From: an uncultured Persicitalea sp. | Lineage (GTDB): Bacteria > Bacteroidota > Bacteroidia > Cytophagales > Spirosomataceae | Direction: 5' to 3' | Length of the DNA stretch: 40,000 bases | Assembly (NCBI GenBank): GCA_964500445.1 | Contig: CAZCOG010000001.1 | Coordinates: 1 to 40,000, forward strand | Part shown: positions 26,543-35,576 of the stretch, piece after piece | Numbering within the stretch: position 1 is the first letter of the stretch | Layout of the letters: every line of letters starts with the position of its first letter | The notes under the pieces: generated by a model | Databases searched by the model: none | Told to the model about the DNA's origin: nothing | Seen by the model: the letters and a program-made list of their open reading frames with translations, nothing else | Made by a program: the position numbers and the translations under genes

Positions 26543-28003
26543 ATGAAAAAAGTATCCCTGTTAATCGGTTCGCTCGTTTTGGGATCAATGCTGGCACTTC
26601 CGTCAAGCGCCCAGTATGTGCAGCAGACGCAGCCTAACTCGCCAGACTACAACCCCAAGGCTTCCTATGAGGGCCCTTATAAGCTGAATACATGGTCGAT
26701 TGGTGTTCACGTGGCTCCCACTCTGTTTTTTGGAGATTTACGGGAATACGATTTTTTCCCCGTGAGTGGAAATTCGAGCGATACCCATAGTGAGTGGGGT
26801 ACTTTCGAGGGAGGAATCCAGATCAACAAGCAGCTTTCTTATTTGTTTGGACTGAAAGGAGACGTTTCCGTTGGTAATCTTACGGGTATGAAACGCCGGA
26901 ATTATTTCCGTTATTTCAAGACCAATTATGTAGACGCCAGCATCTCTGGGACCGTTAACCTGAAAGGACTTCTGCTTGGCCCTACCAAAATGAAGCACTG
27001 GAAAATTGATGCTTACGCTGGTTTTGGCATGATGTGGTATAACGCCACGGCATATGACCTGACGGGTGGCGTCGAACTTCGTAACACGGGTGCCACCAAC
27101 GACTGGATGATTCCTGTTGGACTTGAAATTAACTACGAACTAACGAAGCGTCTGGATCTGGGGCTTGATTTCCGCCTGAACAATGTCAACTCCGATTTTG
27201 TGGATGCCACCTACGGCGGCGATTATTCACGTGATCCGAATGGCTTCAATTTCGAGACCTTGCCTACTGCGCGCAAAGGCAATTCCGCTCTGGACAAATA
27301 TGGTTATGGTGCCATTATGCTTACCTACAAGCTCGGCAAAAACCCTCTGCGCGTGAGCAAAGTAGATGGTAAGTACGTATACGATCCCGATCAGGGAGGA
27401 TTCTACCACCTGCGCTATACCGATCCACGTTTGTTGGTCAAGCCACCAAAAATCCTGACGATGGAAGAAATGGACTCTGTGGCCAAAGCCAACCGTCCTA
27501 AGGACATCGATCCACGTTTGCTGCTCGATACCGACGGTGATGGTGTGTCTGACTTCTTCGATAAAGAGCCTAATTCACCCGCTGGCAGCGTTGTTGATGG
27601 TAGCGGTCGCGTAATCGACTTCGACCAGTACGTGAAGAACGCTTTGGCTAATGGAGCAGCTTGTAACGAAATATTTGCCAACGTGATGTTCGATACCGAT
27701 AAAAACGAGATCAAGCCTGAATATCGCGAAATGCTTAACAATGTAGCCGCGCTGATGAATCGCTCGGGCTGTCGTCTGCAACTGGCCGGTCATGCTGACC
27801 GCCGCGCTTCGGACCGTTATAATATGGCTCTGTCTCGCCGTCGTGTAGATGCGGTCCGCGACTACCTCGTCAACGAAGGTGGTCTGAAAGATCAGAGCAA
27901 AGTAGTTGTAGATTACTTCGGTTCCTTTAAGCCTATCGCCGATGGAGCTACCACCGAGGGTCTGATGAAAAACCGCCGCGTGGAACTACGCCTAATGCCC
28001 TAA
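26543..28003 (+). CDS. OmpA-family outer-membrane protein with thrombospondin-type-3 repeat
   Basis: 486-aa ORF. Signal peptide (...LALPSSAQ), beta-barrel-like N-terminal half and TSP3 motif DTDGDGVSDFFDKEPNSP. C-terminal OmpA_C domain (FDTDKNEIKPEY...LAGHADRRASDRYNMALSRRRVDAVRDYL...NRRVELRL). Confidence 0.9.
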   Translation: MKKVSLLIGSLVLGSMLALPSSAQYVQQTQPNSPDYNPKASYEGPYKLNTWSIGVHVAPTLFFGDLREYDFFPVSGNSSDTHSEWGTFEGGIQINKQLSYLFGLKGDVSVGNLTGMKRRNYFRYFKTNYVDASISGTVNLKGLLLGPTKMKHWKIDAYAGFGMMWYNATAYDLTGGVELRNTGATNDWMIPVGLEINYELTKRLDLGLDFRLNNVNSDFVDATYGGDYSRDPNGFNFETLPTARKGNSALDKYGYGAIMLTYKLGKNPLRVSKVDGKYVYDPDQGGFYHLRYTDPRLLVKPPKILTMEEMDSVAKANRPKDIDPRLLLDTDGDGVSDFFDKEPNSPAGSVVDGSGRVIDFDQYVKNALANGAACNEIFANVMFDTDKNEIKPEYREMLNNVAALMNRSGCRLQLAGHADRRASDRYNMALSRRRVDAVRDYLVNEGGLKDQSKVVVDYFGSFKPIADGATTEGLMKNRRVELRLMP

Positions 28004-28043
28004 TAGCTCGGATCGTTTTCCGACTAAAATATACAGAAAGAGA

Positions 28044-28069
28044 AAGGCTTCCCTAGGGGAGCCTTTTTT
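28044..28069 (+). terminator. Rho-independent terminator after the OmpA-family gene
   Basis: AAGGCTTCCC-tag-GGGAGCCTT stem (~9 bp with one bulged T), followed by T6 (28064-28069). Confidence 0.75.
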
Positions 28070-28082
28070 CATAGTGATTCAT

Positions 28083-28090
28083 TAGCTTTG
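28083..28090 (+). promoter_or_regulatory. -7 box candidate (TAGCTTTG) for the glf operon
   Basis: A TAnnTTTG match 32 nt upstream of the glf ATG and just downstream of the OmpA terminator. There is no clear -33 element. Confidence 0.3.
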
Positions 28091-28121
28091 TGACTTACTG
28101 AAATAGAGTATATATCCATCA

Positions 28122-29231
28122 ATGAAGAAGTACGATTATCTAATTGTAGGTGCCGGCCCCTGGGGTAGTGTATTTGCGCACGAAGCTACCAAACGTGGAA
28201 AAAAGTGTTTGGTAATCGACCGCCGGACCCATACAGGAGGCAACACTTATTGCCAGGAAGTAGAAGGAATTAATGTCCACACGTATGGAGCGCACATCTT
28301 TCACACCAATGACAAGGCCATTTGGGACTACGTAAATTCTTTTGTAGAATTTAACCGCTATACCAATTCGCCGGTAGCTAACTACAAGGGTGAACTATAT
28401 AATCTGCCCTTTAATATGAACACGTTCTACCAGTTGTGGGGCGTGACTACGCCGGAAGAAGCAAAGGCCAAAATCGCCGAACAGGTAGCGGAGGCAGGAA
28501 TTACTGAACCGCAAAACCTGGAGGAGCAGGCTATCTCACTGGTTGGTACGGACATGTACCAAAAGCTTATCAAGGCCTACACCGAAAAGCAATGGGGCCG
28601 GAAGGCCACCGAGCTACCCGCTTTCATTATTAAGCGGCTACCCGTCCGATTTACTTTCGATAACAATTACTTCAACGACCGCTACCAGGGAATTCCCATT
28701 GGTGGCTATAACAAACTGACCGAAGGTTTGCTGGCGAGTGTAGAAGTAAGGTTGGGCGTCGATTTTACCGAAGAGCGCGAGGAATTGTCGCAACTGGCTG
28801 ATACTTTAGTATACACGGGCAAAATCGACGAATATTTCGGCTTCCGTTTCGGAGCGCTGGAATACCGCAGCCTCCGCTTCGACCACGAAACGCTGGATAC
28901 CGGTAATTTTCAGGGGAATGCCGTGGTCAACTACACTGACGCTGAGACACCCTTTACCCGCATCATCGAGCACAAGCATTTTGAGTTTGGTACTCAACCC
29001 AAAACCGTCGTAACCCGCGAGTACCCGCAGGAATGGAGTAAAGGAGCAGAGCCATACTACCCGATCAACGACTCAAAAAATGACACGCTCTATCGCCAGT
29101 ATAAAGCCCTGGCCGAAGCAGAAGAAAAAGTTATTTTTGGGGGGAGACTGGCTGAGTACCGCTACTATGATATGCATCAGGTGATCGGTTCGGCGTTGAA
29201 GAAAGTACGGGATCATTTCGGAGATCAATAA
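28122..29231 (+). CDS. glf: UDP-galactopyranose mutase
   Basis: 369-aa ORF, colinear with Glf as I recall it. Motifs: YDYLIVGAGPWGSVFAHE (FAD fold), GAHIFHTND, LEEQAISLVG, YTEKQWGR, FTFDNNYFNDRYQGIP, GALEYRSL and FGGRLAEYRYYDMHQVI. Confidence 0.95.
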   Translation: MKKYDYLIVGAGPWGSVFAHEATKRGKKCLVIDRRTHTGGNTYCQEVEGINVHTYGAHIFHTNDKAIWDYVNSFVEFNRYTNSPVANYKGELYNLPFNMNTFYQLWGVTTPEEAKAKIAEQVAEAGITEPQNLEEQAISLVGTDMYQKLIKAYTEKQWGRKATELPAFIIKRLPVRFTFDNNYFNDRYQGIPIGGYNKLTEGLLASVEVRLGVDFTEEREELSQLADTLVYTGKIDEYFGFRFGALEYRSLRFDHETLDTGNFQGNAVVNYTDAETPFTRIIEHKHFEFGTQPKTVVTREYPQEWSKGAEPYYPINDSKNDTLYRQYKALAEAEEKVIFGGRLAEYRYYDMHQVIGSALKKVRDHFGDQ

Positions 29232-29238
29232 AATTTGG

Positions 29239-30003
29239 ATGAAACTACGCTTCGTTATCTTGCCAGTGGTTGTGTGTATGCTGCTATTTGCTTCGTGTCG
29301 GAGCCAGCGGCCTGCTCCCGTGCTGAATACCGAAGCTTTGAATCCGGTAGTTTCGGCGGTTGATAAAGGAGTATATCGAATAAAAGCGGGCGACAAACTT
29401 CTAATCCGTAACCTTAACTGGTCATCAGAACTCTTTCCTGACCCCAGCCAGACGGCAATAGGTGGGGCGGGTGCGGGATACGAAGCCGTAGTACGGACCG
29501 ACGGAAGCATTAGTCTGCCGGAAATCGGCCTATTGCCCGTAGCAGGACAGACCCGGCAGACCGTAGCCGACACTCTTTCGACGTTGTACCGGGATTTGCG
29601 CAATCCACTGTTTGAAGTGGACATCACCAACCTGCGCGTAAAAGTACTGGGATCTGTCAATAACCAGGGTGTCGTTATTCTCGATAAAGACTACTTGACC
29701 CTGGGAGAAATTCTGGCCCGTTCGGGTGGAATCAAGTACACCGAAGCCAGCAATATCATTCAGGTCATCAGAAGTGAGGGGACGCAGCAGCAGGTCATTG
29801 AGTATGATTTTCAGGATTTGGGAAATCCGTTGATTATGAATCAAAATATATACGATAACGACATTGTGTACGTTCCGCCATCGCGCGGCTCCATCCGCAA
29901 CATTAAATATCAACGGGCGCTGGTACTTGCTCAGCCCGTCATTACAGCGCTCAACCTGACATTGATTGTAATAAATTTCATCAGACTAAGCCCCCGACCA
30001 TGA
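29239..30003 (+). CDS. Polysaccharide biosynthesis/export protein (short Wza-like OPX lipoprotein)
   Basis: 254-aa ORF. Lipobox (LLFASC). Poly_export-type motif (YRIKAGDKLLIRN; DGSISLPEIGLLPVAGQTRQTVADTL). SLBB-like segment (VKVLGSVNNQGVV). Too short to contain the C-terminal helical barrel domain of E. coli Wza. Confidence 0.85.
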   Translation: MKLRFVILPVVVCMLLFASCRSQRPAPVLNTEALNPVVSAVDKGVYRIKAGDKLLIRNLNWSSELFPDPSQTAIGGAGAGYEAVVRTDGSISLPEIGLLPVAGQTRQTVADTLSTLYRDLRNPLFEVDITNLRVKVLGSVNNQGVVILDKDYLTLGEILARSGGIKYTEASNIIQVIRSEGTQQQVIEYDFQDLGNPLIMNQNIYDNDIVYVPPSRGSIRNIKYQRALVLAQPVITALNLTLIVINFIRLSPRP

Positions 30004-30764
30004 TCTTGCCTACCCATCCCAAGAAGGCCAATATCGGTGAAGATGGGTCTTATCTGGAAAAAATAGGGACTGACTTGCATCTTCATGTATTGCCGGGGAT
30101 CGACGACGGTTCGCCTTCGGTAGAAGAAAGCCTGCAAATCCTGGCCGCGCACCATGCCGCCGGCATTCGTCGGATTATCGCCACTCCGCATATTCGTTCC
30201 GATTTTTTTCCTAATGACCAGGATACCATCCATGCGGCCTGGCAGCTTCTGACCGAAGCCGCCGCCGACCGCTGGCCCGATCTGACGCTCACGTACGCCG
30301 CCGAACATTTTGGCGACGATTACCTGATGACCTTGCTGGAAAAAGGTCAAATGTTGCCGCTATTCGACCATTATGTGCTGGTAGAAACCTCCATGCGTGC
30401 CGAAATGCCATACTTTCCCCAAATTTTGCAAGCCATGCTCGACCGTGGCTGGCGACCAGTATTGGCGCATCCTGAACGTTACCGTCCCTGGCAGCAGCAA
30501 CCTGATCGTTATGCTGAACTACGGGAAATGGGAGTAATATTCCAGGTCAACTTGCTATCGCTGGGCGGGCAGTATGGCCCTACCGAAAAACTACTTGCCC
30601 AACAAATGATCCGGCAGGGTTGGATCGGTGCCGTGGGGACGGATCTACATCGGGCCAGCCAGTATAGTTACCTGCAAAAGGCTGCCCGCACTCCCGAATT
30701 CGCAATGCTGTGCGATATGCCTCTACTGAACCATCTGGTACCTGAGCATGAGGCAAGAAACTGA
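30000..30764 (+). CDS. PHP-family (CpsB/YwqE-type) protein-tyrosine phosphatase
   Basis: 254-aa ORF whose ATG overlaps the upstream stop (ATGA). CpsB motifs: DLHLHVLPGIDDGS, IATPH, LAHPERY and GTDLH. Confidence 0.85.
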   Translation: MILPTHPKKANIGEDGSYLEKIGTDLHLHVLPGIDDGSPSVEESLQILAAHHAAGIRRIIATPHIRSDFFPNDQDTIHAAWQLLTEAAADRWPDLTLTYAAEHFGDDYLMTLLEKGQMLPLFDHYVLVETSMRAEMPYFPQILQAMLDRGWRPVLAHPERYRPWQQQPDRYAELREMGVIFQVNLLSLGGQYGPTEKLLAQQMIRQGWIGAVGTDLHRASQYSYLQKAARTPEFAMLCDMPLLNHLVPEHEARN

Positions 30765-33180
30765 TAGCGCATTCTTTGAGCAACTTCTGAACAACTCCGA
30801 ATCCATCGACTTCAAGAAACTCTTTCGGGTGTTCAGGAGCCGCTGGTGGTGGATTCTGATTGCGCTGTTGCTGGCGGGTGCGCTATGTTTCCTGTATCTC
30901 AAGTTCGTCACACCACAATACATCGGGACGGTTACGCTTAAGTACCTCGACAAACAGTCGGAATTCGATGGCCTGACCGGTTCGCAGCCTACGTTCATTT
31001 TCGGCACGAGTAGCCCGGACTATCTGACGGAGAAATTCAATGTTCGCTCGCCGGAAGTAGTACAAAGTACTTTGGAACGAATGGATAATCCCTTCACTTT
31101 CTATCGGGTGAAGGACCTGCGCCAAATTGATGTATACCCTGCCCGCCCACTCGAACTGGAAGTCCTCAGCTATGACCCGGCAAAGTATCGACACGGTACT
31201 TTCTTTTTGGATGAGGATTTGTCGCTTCGCTACCAAACCGAAGAATCAGTTACGCGTCCGCTGCAATTAGTACGAGGAGGCATAGTAACCCTGCCAGGAT
31301 TGGTTTTCAGAATCAGTGAAATTGTCACGGCTGCCGGTTATAAATTCGAGTTTACCTACAACGACCCAGCCCGGTTAGTGAATGCCTTTGTGTGGCGCAT
31401 CGACATGGAGGAGACCGAAGAGCAAATGCCCGTCATGGACCTCACCTTCCGCCATCATAATGCGGCCTATACCGAAAATTTTCTCGCCAATCTGGTAGAA
31501 GCGTATCGGGATTTCGACTTGCGGCAGAAGCAGAAATCATCCGATCTTACGATAGGTTTTATCAATAAGCAGGTCGATATATACTCGGGCTACCTCAAAG
31601 AATCGGCTCGCGAACTGGAACTCTTTAAACAAAAAAACCAACTACTTGACATAAGTACTTCCGCCCTGGAGATCACCTCGAAAGTGCGCGAACTGGAGCA
31701 GCGGAAGAACGAGTTGGAAATCCAGAGATCGTATATTGACATGCTGGAAGCCAACATGGGTCGCACTTTCGAAACCGTCAACTACCTTTCGGTAGGCCTG
31801 GATGGCTCCACCGATGGCGTGCTGGTAGGTTTGTTGCAAAGCTTTAACGATCTCATAACACAGCGCAAACAGTTGTTGCAAAAGTACAGTCCTAATTCAG
31901 CCGCGGTAAAGAATCTGGATGAGCAGCTGGTCAAGTACCGCAGTCAGATTCTGGACAATATCCGGCTCCAGAATCAAAAAAACGAACGCACGCTCAAAAT
32001 TCTGAATGATAACCTGGCCGCCCTCAAAGGGCGATTTAGCCGCATTCCGGCCCTGGAAAAAAACTTCATATACCTGCAAAGTGATTTTGAAGTAAACAAA
32101 AACATCTACTCGCTGCTCCTGAACAAGGAAATCGAATCTTCCATTGTGAAGGCGGGCATGCTTCCCTCTTTCACAGTAATCACACAACTGGACACCGACA
32201 AGGTTTCGCCCATTGCCTGGCGAATCATTTTGCTATTTATTTTCGCTGGTTTATTTCTGGGTATAGGCTCCGTGCTTCTGGCCCGATCGATCAATAGTAC
32301 TTTTACCGACATTGGGAAGGTGGCCCAGCATCCGCGTGTGAGTTTACTGGGGCTGGTCCATCACTTTTCAGAAAAAGTGACCAACACCCGCCAGGATTTG
32401 ACCAATTTCCTCCATGATCGCACCGTATTTACTGAATCGCTGAGCGCTCTCCGTACTCGATTGAGTTTTGCCAAATCTGCCCTGGAAGCCAGAGTGGATG
32501 ATGAAGGGCAGCTCATTCTGGTTACCTCTGAGCGGGGCGGCGAAGGGAAGTCGTTTGTGACGGTCAATCTGGCGCTATCTTTTACAAAAATTGGTAAAAG
32601 AGTCATTGTAGTTGGAGCTGACCTGCGCAAATCGAGAATCCATCTGTTTTTCGACGCAGAGCAACCCTACGGGCTGAGTGATTTTCTGCAGAACCCGGAG
32701 GAAATCGATCGGACGATTTATGCCTCGACGATTGAGAATCTCGATTACATTCCCGCTGGGTTTGCGCCCTTCAATCCGGCCGAACTCTTGCAAAAGTCCG
32801 CAATGCTAGACTTGTTGAACTACTGCCGGAAAAACTACGATTACGTGTTACTGGATACGGCTCCGGTTGGGCTGGTAGCCGATAACGTACCACTACTACG
32901 CCAGAGCGACTATGTGATATTCATCATCCGCTGGTTGTTTTCAAACCAGGAGTCATACCACCTGGCCGGGCAACTGGCCGACGAGTATGATTTAAATGAA
33001 GTCAAAGTAGTAATTAACGATTTCTATCCCGATAACCTGCACAGTAGTCTGACCTCTGGCAGCAGCTATTACGGTTCCGGTAGCTACCAATATGGTTATA
33101 CTTACCGCAATAATGGGTACTTACCGGATTCGCGTACGGGTTGGCGGAAGAGCTTGAGAAACGTTTTCAGTAGAAAATAG
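30748..33180 (+). CDS. Polysaccharide co-polymerase / bacterial tyrosine autokinase (Wzc/GumC-like, PCP2a-type fusion)
   Basis: 810-aa ORF overlapping the phosphatase gene by 17 nt. Two TM helices flank a long coiled-coil periplasmic region. Walker A GGEGKSF, A' VVGADLRKS and Walker B DYVLLDTAP. C-terminal Tyr cluster SSYYGSGSYQYGYTYRNNGY (nt ~33061-33120). Confidence 0.9.
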   Translation: MRQETDSAFFEQLLNNSESIDFKKLFRVFRSRWWWILIALLLAGALCFLYLKFVTPQYIGTVTLKYLDKQSEFDGLTGSQPTFIFGTSSPDYLTEKFNVRSPEVVQSTLERMDNPFTFYRVKDLRQIDVYPARPLELEVLSYDPAKYRHGTFFLDEDLSLRYQTEESVTRPLQLVRGGIVTLPGLVFRISEIVTAAGYKFEFTYNDPARLVNAFVWRIDMEETEEQMPVMDLTFRHHNAAYTENFLANLVEAYRDFDLRQKQKSSDLTIGFINKQVDIYSGYLKESARELELFKQKNQLLDISTSALEITSKVRELEQRKNELEIQRSYIDMLEANMGRTFETVNYLSVGLDGSTDGVLVGLLQSFNDLITQRKQLLQKYSPNSAAVKNLDEQLVKYRSQILDNIRLQNQKNERTLKILNDNLAALKGRFSRIPALEKNFIYLQSDFEVNKNIYSLLLNKEIESSIVKAGMLPSFTVITQLDTDKVSPIAWRIILLFIFAGLFLGIGSVLLARSINSTFTDIGKVAQHPRVSLLGLVHHFSEKVTNTRQDLTNFLHDRTVFTESLSALRTRLSFAKSALEARVDDEGQLILVTSERGGEGKSFVTVNLALSFTKIGKRVIVVGADLRKSRIHLFFDAEQPYGLSDFLQNPEEIDRTIYASTIENLDYIPAGFAPFNPAELLQKSAMLDLLNYCRKNYDYVLLDTAPVGLVADNVPLLRQSDYVIFIIRWLFSNQESYHLAGQLADEYDLNEVKVVINDFYPDNLHSSLTSGSSYYGSGSYQYGYTYRNNGYLPDSRTGWRKSLRNVFSRK

Positions 33181-33198
33181 AGGAACCATTCGCTTTTT

Positions 33199-34071
33199 AT
33201 GAGTACCTACCAACGCCCCAGAGTTATATCGGAAATAGGCTGCAACCACATGGGACAGTTCGAGATTGCCAAAGAACTCATTCGGCTGTCGAAAGATTGT
33301 GGGGCAGAGTACGCCAAATTTCAGAAACGCAATTCCCGCGAACTCCTCACGCCCGATCAGTACAATGCCCCCCACCCCATCCCTTACAACGCTTATGGCG
33401 CGACCTACGGCGCTCACCGCGAGTACCTGGAATTTGACCAAACGCAACACGCAGCATTGAAGGAGTACGCCGAGTCGGTAGGCATTGGCTATGCCACCTC
33501 AGTGTGGGATGTAACATCCGCGCTGGAAATCATTGAATTACAGCCCGATTTTATCAAAGTACCATCGGCCTGCAACAACAATTACGAAATGCTGCGCCTG
33601 CTGCGCGACGATTATCGAGGTGATGTCCACGTATCGACGGGCATGACTACACAGGACGAAATCGTCCGGCTCGTAAAGTACTTTGAAGAAACCGACCAGG
33701 CCCGGCAGCGGCTCGTGATGTATAGCTGTACGTCGGGGTACCCGGTACCCTTCCGGGATATCTGCTTACTGGAAATCAGGCGAATTCAGGAAAACTACGG
33801 AGAGCGGATCAAGGAAATCGGCTTCTCGGGTCATCATCTGGGCATTGCGGTAGATGTGGCGGCTTATACGCTGGGAGCTGTATGGGTAGAGCGGCATTTT
33901 ACCAAGGATCGTACCTGGCGAGGTACCGACCACGCCGCTTCGCTGGAAGTACCGGGACTGCAAAAACTGGTGCGCGACCTGGAACATACTTATGAAGCAC
34001 TTACTTATAAACCCAGAGAAATCCTGGAAATTGAGGAAGTGCAAAGAGAAAAACTGAAATATCGGAAATAG
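33199..34071 (+). CDS. NeuB-family (N-acetylneuraminate-synthase-like) aldolase-type TIM-barrel enzyme lacking the SAF domain
   Basis: 290-aa ORF. NeuB-domain motifs in order: VISEIGCNHMG, AEYAKFQKR, IKVPSAC, HVSTGM, YSCTSGYP, GFSGHH, VERHFT and DHAASL. The protein ends where the linker and SAF/antifreeze-like domain of canonical NeuB would begin. Confidence 0.8.
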   Translation: MSTYQRPRVISEIGCNHMGQFEIAKELIRLSKDCGAEYAKFQKRNSRELLTPDQYNAPHPIPYNAYGATYGAHREYLEFDQTQHAALKEYAESVGIGYATSVWDVTSALEIIELQPDFIKVPSACNNNYEMLRLLRDDYRGDVHVSTGMTTQDEIVRLVKYFEETDQARQRLVMYSCTSGYPVPFRDICLLEIRRIQENYGERIKEIGFSGHHLGIAVDVAAYTLGAVWVERHFTKDRTWRGTDHAASLEVPGLQKLVRDLEHTYEALTYKPREILEIEEVQREKLKYRK

Positions 34072-34084
34072 AATTTATTCAAAA

Positions 34085-34711
34085 TTGACTCAGACAAAAC
34101 CATTTATTGTAGGCATAACGGGCGGAAGTGCCTCGGGGAAGACTTTCTTCATGAAGAGTCTGCTGGCTTCCTTTGGGGACAAAGAAATTTGCCGCATCTC
34201 GCAGGATAATTACTACCTGCCCATTCAACAAATCCCCAAAGACCGGAACGGAGTGGAGAATTTCGATCTGCCCGAAACGATCGACCACGCACTATTTGCG
34301 GAGCATATTGCCCAACTACGGCAGGGAAATGTAGTGCAGCACCTGGAATATACCTTCAATAATCCGTTGATTACGCCCAAACTGCTGACTTTTCAGCCGA
34401 CGCCAATCATTGTGGTTGAAGGAATTTTTGTCTTTTACTTCCCCGAAGTAGCCGATTTGATCGACTTGAAAGTATTTGTCGACGCCAAAGAACATGTCAA
34501 GATCAAGCGGCGCATCATTCGCGACAACAGCGAGCGTGGCTACGATCTGGAAGATGTCCTTTATCGCTGGGAAAACCACGTAGCTCCTACTTACGACAAG
34601 TACATCAAGCCCTTACGCGCCGAAGCGGATATTATTATCAATAATCACGATCAGTTTGATCGTGGCTTAGACGTAGTAGTAGCGTATTTAAAAACGAAAG
34701 TACGCTCTTAG
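34085..34711 (+). CDS. udk: Uridine kinase
   Basis: 208-aa ORF with a TTG start; there is no ATG upstream of the P-loop. Motifs: IVGITGGSASGKT, ISQDNYY, NFDLPETID, IIVVEGIF, R(R)IIRD..ERG. Confidence 0.88.
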   Translation: MTQTKPFIVGITGGSASGKTFFMKSLLASFGDKEICRISQDNYYLPIQQIPKDRNGVENFDLPETIDHALFAEHIAQLRQGNVVQHLEYTFNNPLITPKLLTFQPTPIIVVEGIFVFYFPEVADLIDLKVFVDAKEHVKIKRRIIRDNSERGYDLEDVLYRWENHVAPTYDKYIKPLRAEADIIINNHDQFDRGLDVVVAYLKTKVRS

Positions 34712-34793
34712 TTCAAAGGAGATAAAGGTACTTTAATTCTGATTCGCTGGTAGTTCTGTGCATTTCCGATTTGATCACATTGGAAAAAGACAA

Positions 34794-35462
34794 CTAGGAG
34801 CGAAGTTCTTTCACAAATCCCAAACATTCCGCAATTTTCCGCTCTACCCAGTCATAATCCTGCTGAGCAAGTACATCCTTGGGAAACAGGTGAGATCCCA
34901 TTCCTACACAGTAAGCACCCGCGCCAAACCACTCGGCGAAGCTTTCGCGGGTAGGCTTTACACCACCCGTCACCATGATTTTCAGATCAGCCATCGGACC
35001 GCGTACGGCTTTCAGAAAGCCCGAACCAAGTACCTCGCCGGGAAATAGCTTCACCACTTCGGCGCCAGCCTGGCGGGCGTTGTAGATTTCGGTAACCGTC
35101 ATCACCCCTGGCAGCCAGGGTACTTCGGCGGCGGCACAGGCCGTCCCCACGGCGGGATTCAGGGCGGGCGTCACCACAAAATCAGCCCCAGCGTAAATGA
35201 ACTTATTCGCCGACTCGTCATCATAAATAGTACCGATCCCCATCGCCATTTCGGGCAAATGTTCGTGCGCGTAGGCAACGAGTTGCTCAAAAGTGGCCAG
35301 CGCATTGCCTCCCCGGTTGGTGAACTCAAACACCCGCAGCCCCGCCCGATAGGAAGCCTTAAGTACCTCAATGGCCACAGAGGCATCATCGTGGTAAAAT
35401 AATGGCAAAACGCCACCTGTATACAGGGAATTGAGAACAGTGTCTTTATCTATGTGAGCCAT
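34794..35462 (-). CDS. eda: KDPG / 4-hydroxy-2-oxoglutarate aldolase
   Basis: 222-aa ORF. Motifs: FEFTNRG, IGTGT-like GIGTIYD, GADFVVTPA, LPGVMTVTE, VKLFPG and MVTGGV. Confidence 0.9.
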   Translation of the reverse strand: MAHIDKDTVLNSLYTGGVLPLFYHDDASVAIEVLKASYRAGLRVFEFTNRGGNALATFEQLVAYAHEHLPEMAMGIGTIYDDESANKFIYAGADFVVTPALNPAVGTACAAAEVPWLPGVMTVTEIYNARQAGAEVVKLFPGEVLGSGFLKAVRGPMADLKIMVTGGVKPTRESFAEWFGAGAYCVGMGSHLFPKDVLAQQDYDWVERKIAECLGFVKELRS

Positions 35463-35576
35463 TTAGTTGATGGATAGTTGATAATGGATGAGTGGCATTT
35501 ATTAATATAATGAGAGGAATTTATCAGGAAAAAGCAGCTATTATGAGTAACGGATAAACTACCCTTAGTCCGCCTA

